A DNA stretch of 63,060 bases, filler included, from Perkinsus chesapeaki ATCC PRA-425 (Eukaryota > Protista > Perkinsozoa), in assembly GCA_013115145.1 (NCBI GenBank). It is 10 parts of 10 records of this genome, joined end to end, with 100 filler letters (N's around TTAATTAATTAA, not from the genome) between each part and the next. Parts side by side here need not be neighbours in the genome. Positions count along the whole stretch, not along the records: positions 61,779 to 63,060 come from JAAPAO010002062.1; 9 more parts are not named here. One strand, given 5' to 3'. Numbering within the stretch: position 1 is the first letter of the stretch; every line of letters starts with the position of its first letter. Shown here in pieces: positions 61,781 through 63,060 of this stretch. Under the pieces are notes generated by a model, which was given only the letters and a program-made list of their open reading frames with translations, did no database searches and was not told where the DNA came from. The translations under genes and the position numbers were made by a program.

Positions 61781-63060
61781 CGGACTCGGGCGAAGCGGGC
61801 TCGTACAGCGTCTCCTCCCCCTCCGGGCGAGCAGGGAGCCCAACAACATTATCATCCGAGAACCGTCACGCCCGGTGAATTCGCCGAGTTCCGAGAGCAG
61901 ATCGGTGACTCTCTTAAGGGCATTACTGATACCATCACATTAATTACTTCGCAGCTCCGAGAGCTGCAGGCTGACAAGGCAGCTCCAGCGGTCGTGAACA
62001 TGGACCGCGAGCTCCTTTCGCCGGAGGATGAGTCTCCGACGGTAACCGATCCTGTATGGCTTGCGCAGCCTAAAACAGGAGTGCAGATCCAGCCAGGTGG
62101 GGCCGATGCGGTAAACTTCCCGTTTGACCCCTATCTCGTGAGCAGGACATCAACAACAAGCAATGCCACCCACGCCCGAGCCAGCCCCGAGCCTGCAAGA
62201 ATGGTCCCTTCGGCAAGCAAGGGCCTTCAGAGCACCCCGGTCTTTGGGGCTACCACCAGTCATCCGAATCTTCCGACCTCGTCTACCCAGACACCACCAA
62301 CTACCACACAGGATTTGGCCGACCGATATGGCCAGTATCCCAACATTGCCCTACAACAAAGGTCGAGTACGGTCCCACAGACACCGGCTGGTCCTCACGG
62401 GGCCTCCGGGTCTCAACCCCCGAGAGTGTGGGGCTGCAAGGTGTTCTCTGAGGTGTTGGCGAGTGTTAGGAAGAGCGCTAAGCTGCCCGGAGGGCCTTAC
62501 CTGGGAACTGGTGACTCACGTTGTTTGGGCGAATTCTTGCGGGAGTTGGAGGTGGATCTGACTTTCGCTGCGGGTGACCCCGTTTGGAAGCTTGCCTTCT
62601 TGCTGAACATGCTCAGTCATGGCGTGCAGGCAGAGATACTGCAGACATATGCTCTCGTAAACGGCCAGCCCATTGAGAACCATCTAGCAGAAGGCCATTA
62701 TGTGTTCGTTCTCGAGGCCGTCCAGCAGATCATTCGACAGGTGTACTCGACAGCAGACGACCGACGAAAGGTGATCAACAAGTTTAATTCTTTGAAGATT
62801 GGTAAGGCTACTATTGCACAGTATGATTACCAGTTCGACTTGCTCCGTACCGAGGTTCAGATAATCTCTGGCCAGTCGCTGTCGGAGGACACGGTTATGG
62901 CTCATTACCTTAATGGCCTTGGGGAGGACGCCCAAAGCTTCGCAGAGGTGCATCTATCTGGTGTTACTTCCTTTGCTGAACTGCGAAGACGAGTTAGAGC
63001 ATTCTGGAAGTCGGAGGAGAACCGATCACTCCGCAATGCCTTTGCGGCCGCGGCCTGCAC
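61781..63060 (+). mobile_element. LTR-retrotransposon gag-like ORF, open at both contig ends (absent from the ORF track)
   Basis: Frame +2 is stop-free for about 426 codons; Pro/Ser-rich N-part, then KFNSLKIGKATIAQYDYQFDLLRTEVQIISGQSLSEDTVMAHYLNGL (Retrotrans_gag-like). Confidence 0.75.

Overview
This is eukaryotic draft-assembly sequence, not one locus. Ten contigs are joined by nine artificial 100-bp linkers (N44-TTAATTAATTAA-N44), so adjacency across linkers means nothing. Short GT-AG introns, a 37-aa heptatricopeptide-repeat (HPR) gene and an AT-rich mitochondrial-type contig point to a myzozoan alveolate, probably Perkinsus-like (inference). Host genes: a UNC-93-like transporter, three tandem TauE/SafE paralogs, a cytochrome P450, two mucin-like surface proteins, an HPR gene head-to-head with PP1, and coiled-coil gene exons. 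Mobile DNA: Ty3/gypsy gag and pol pieces, an RTE-type LINE 5' fragment, an IS630/Tc1-like element with tandem-repeat TIRs, a two-gene Harbinger, a non-autonomous MULE-like element with an 8-bp target-site duplication (TSD), and an intron-containing HUH+SF3 Rep gene. The most striking signal is a recurrent 22-nt scar, found perfect 14 times by manual scan. An 8-bp site X becomes X1-7 + complement(X8) + revcomp(X2-7) + complement(X1) + X2-8, a net +14 nt. Paralog comparison and restoration of a transposase motif show the scar is a derived insertion. It fits excision of an 8-bp-TSD transposon through flanking hairpins repaired at a fixed 6-nt microhomology. All exon calls and counts are by eye.
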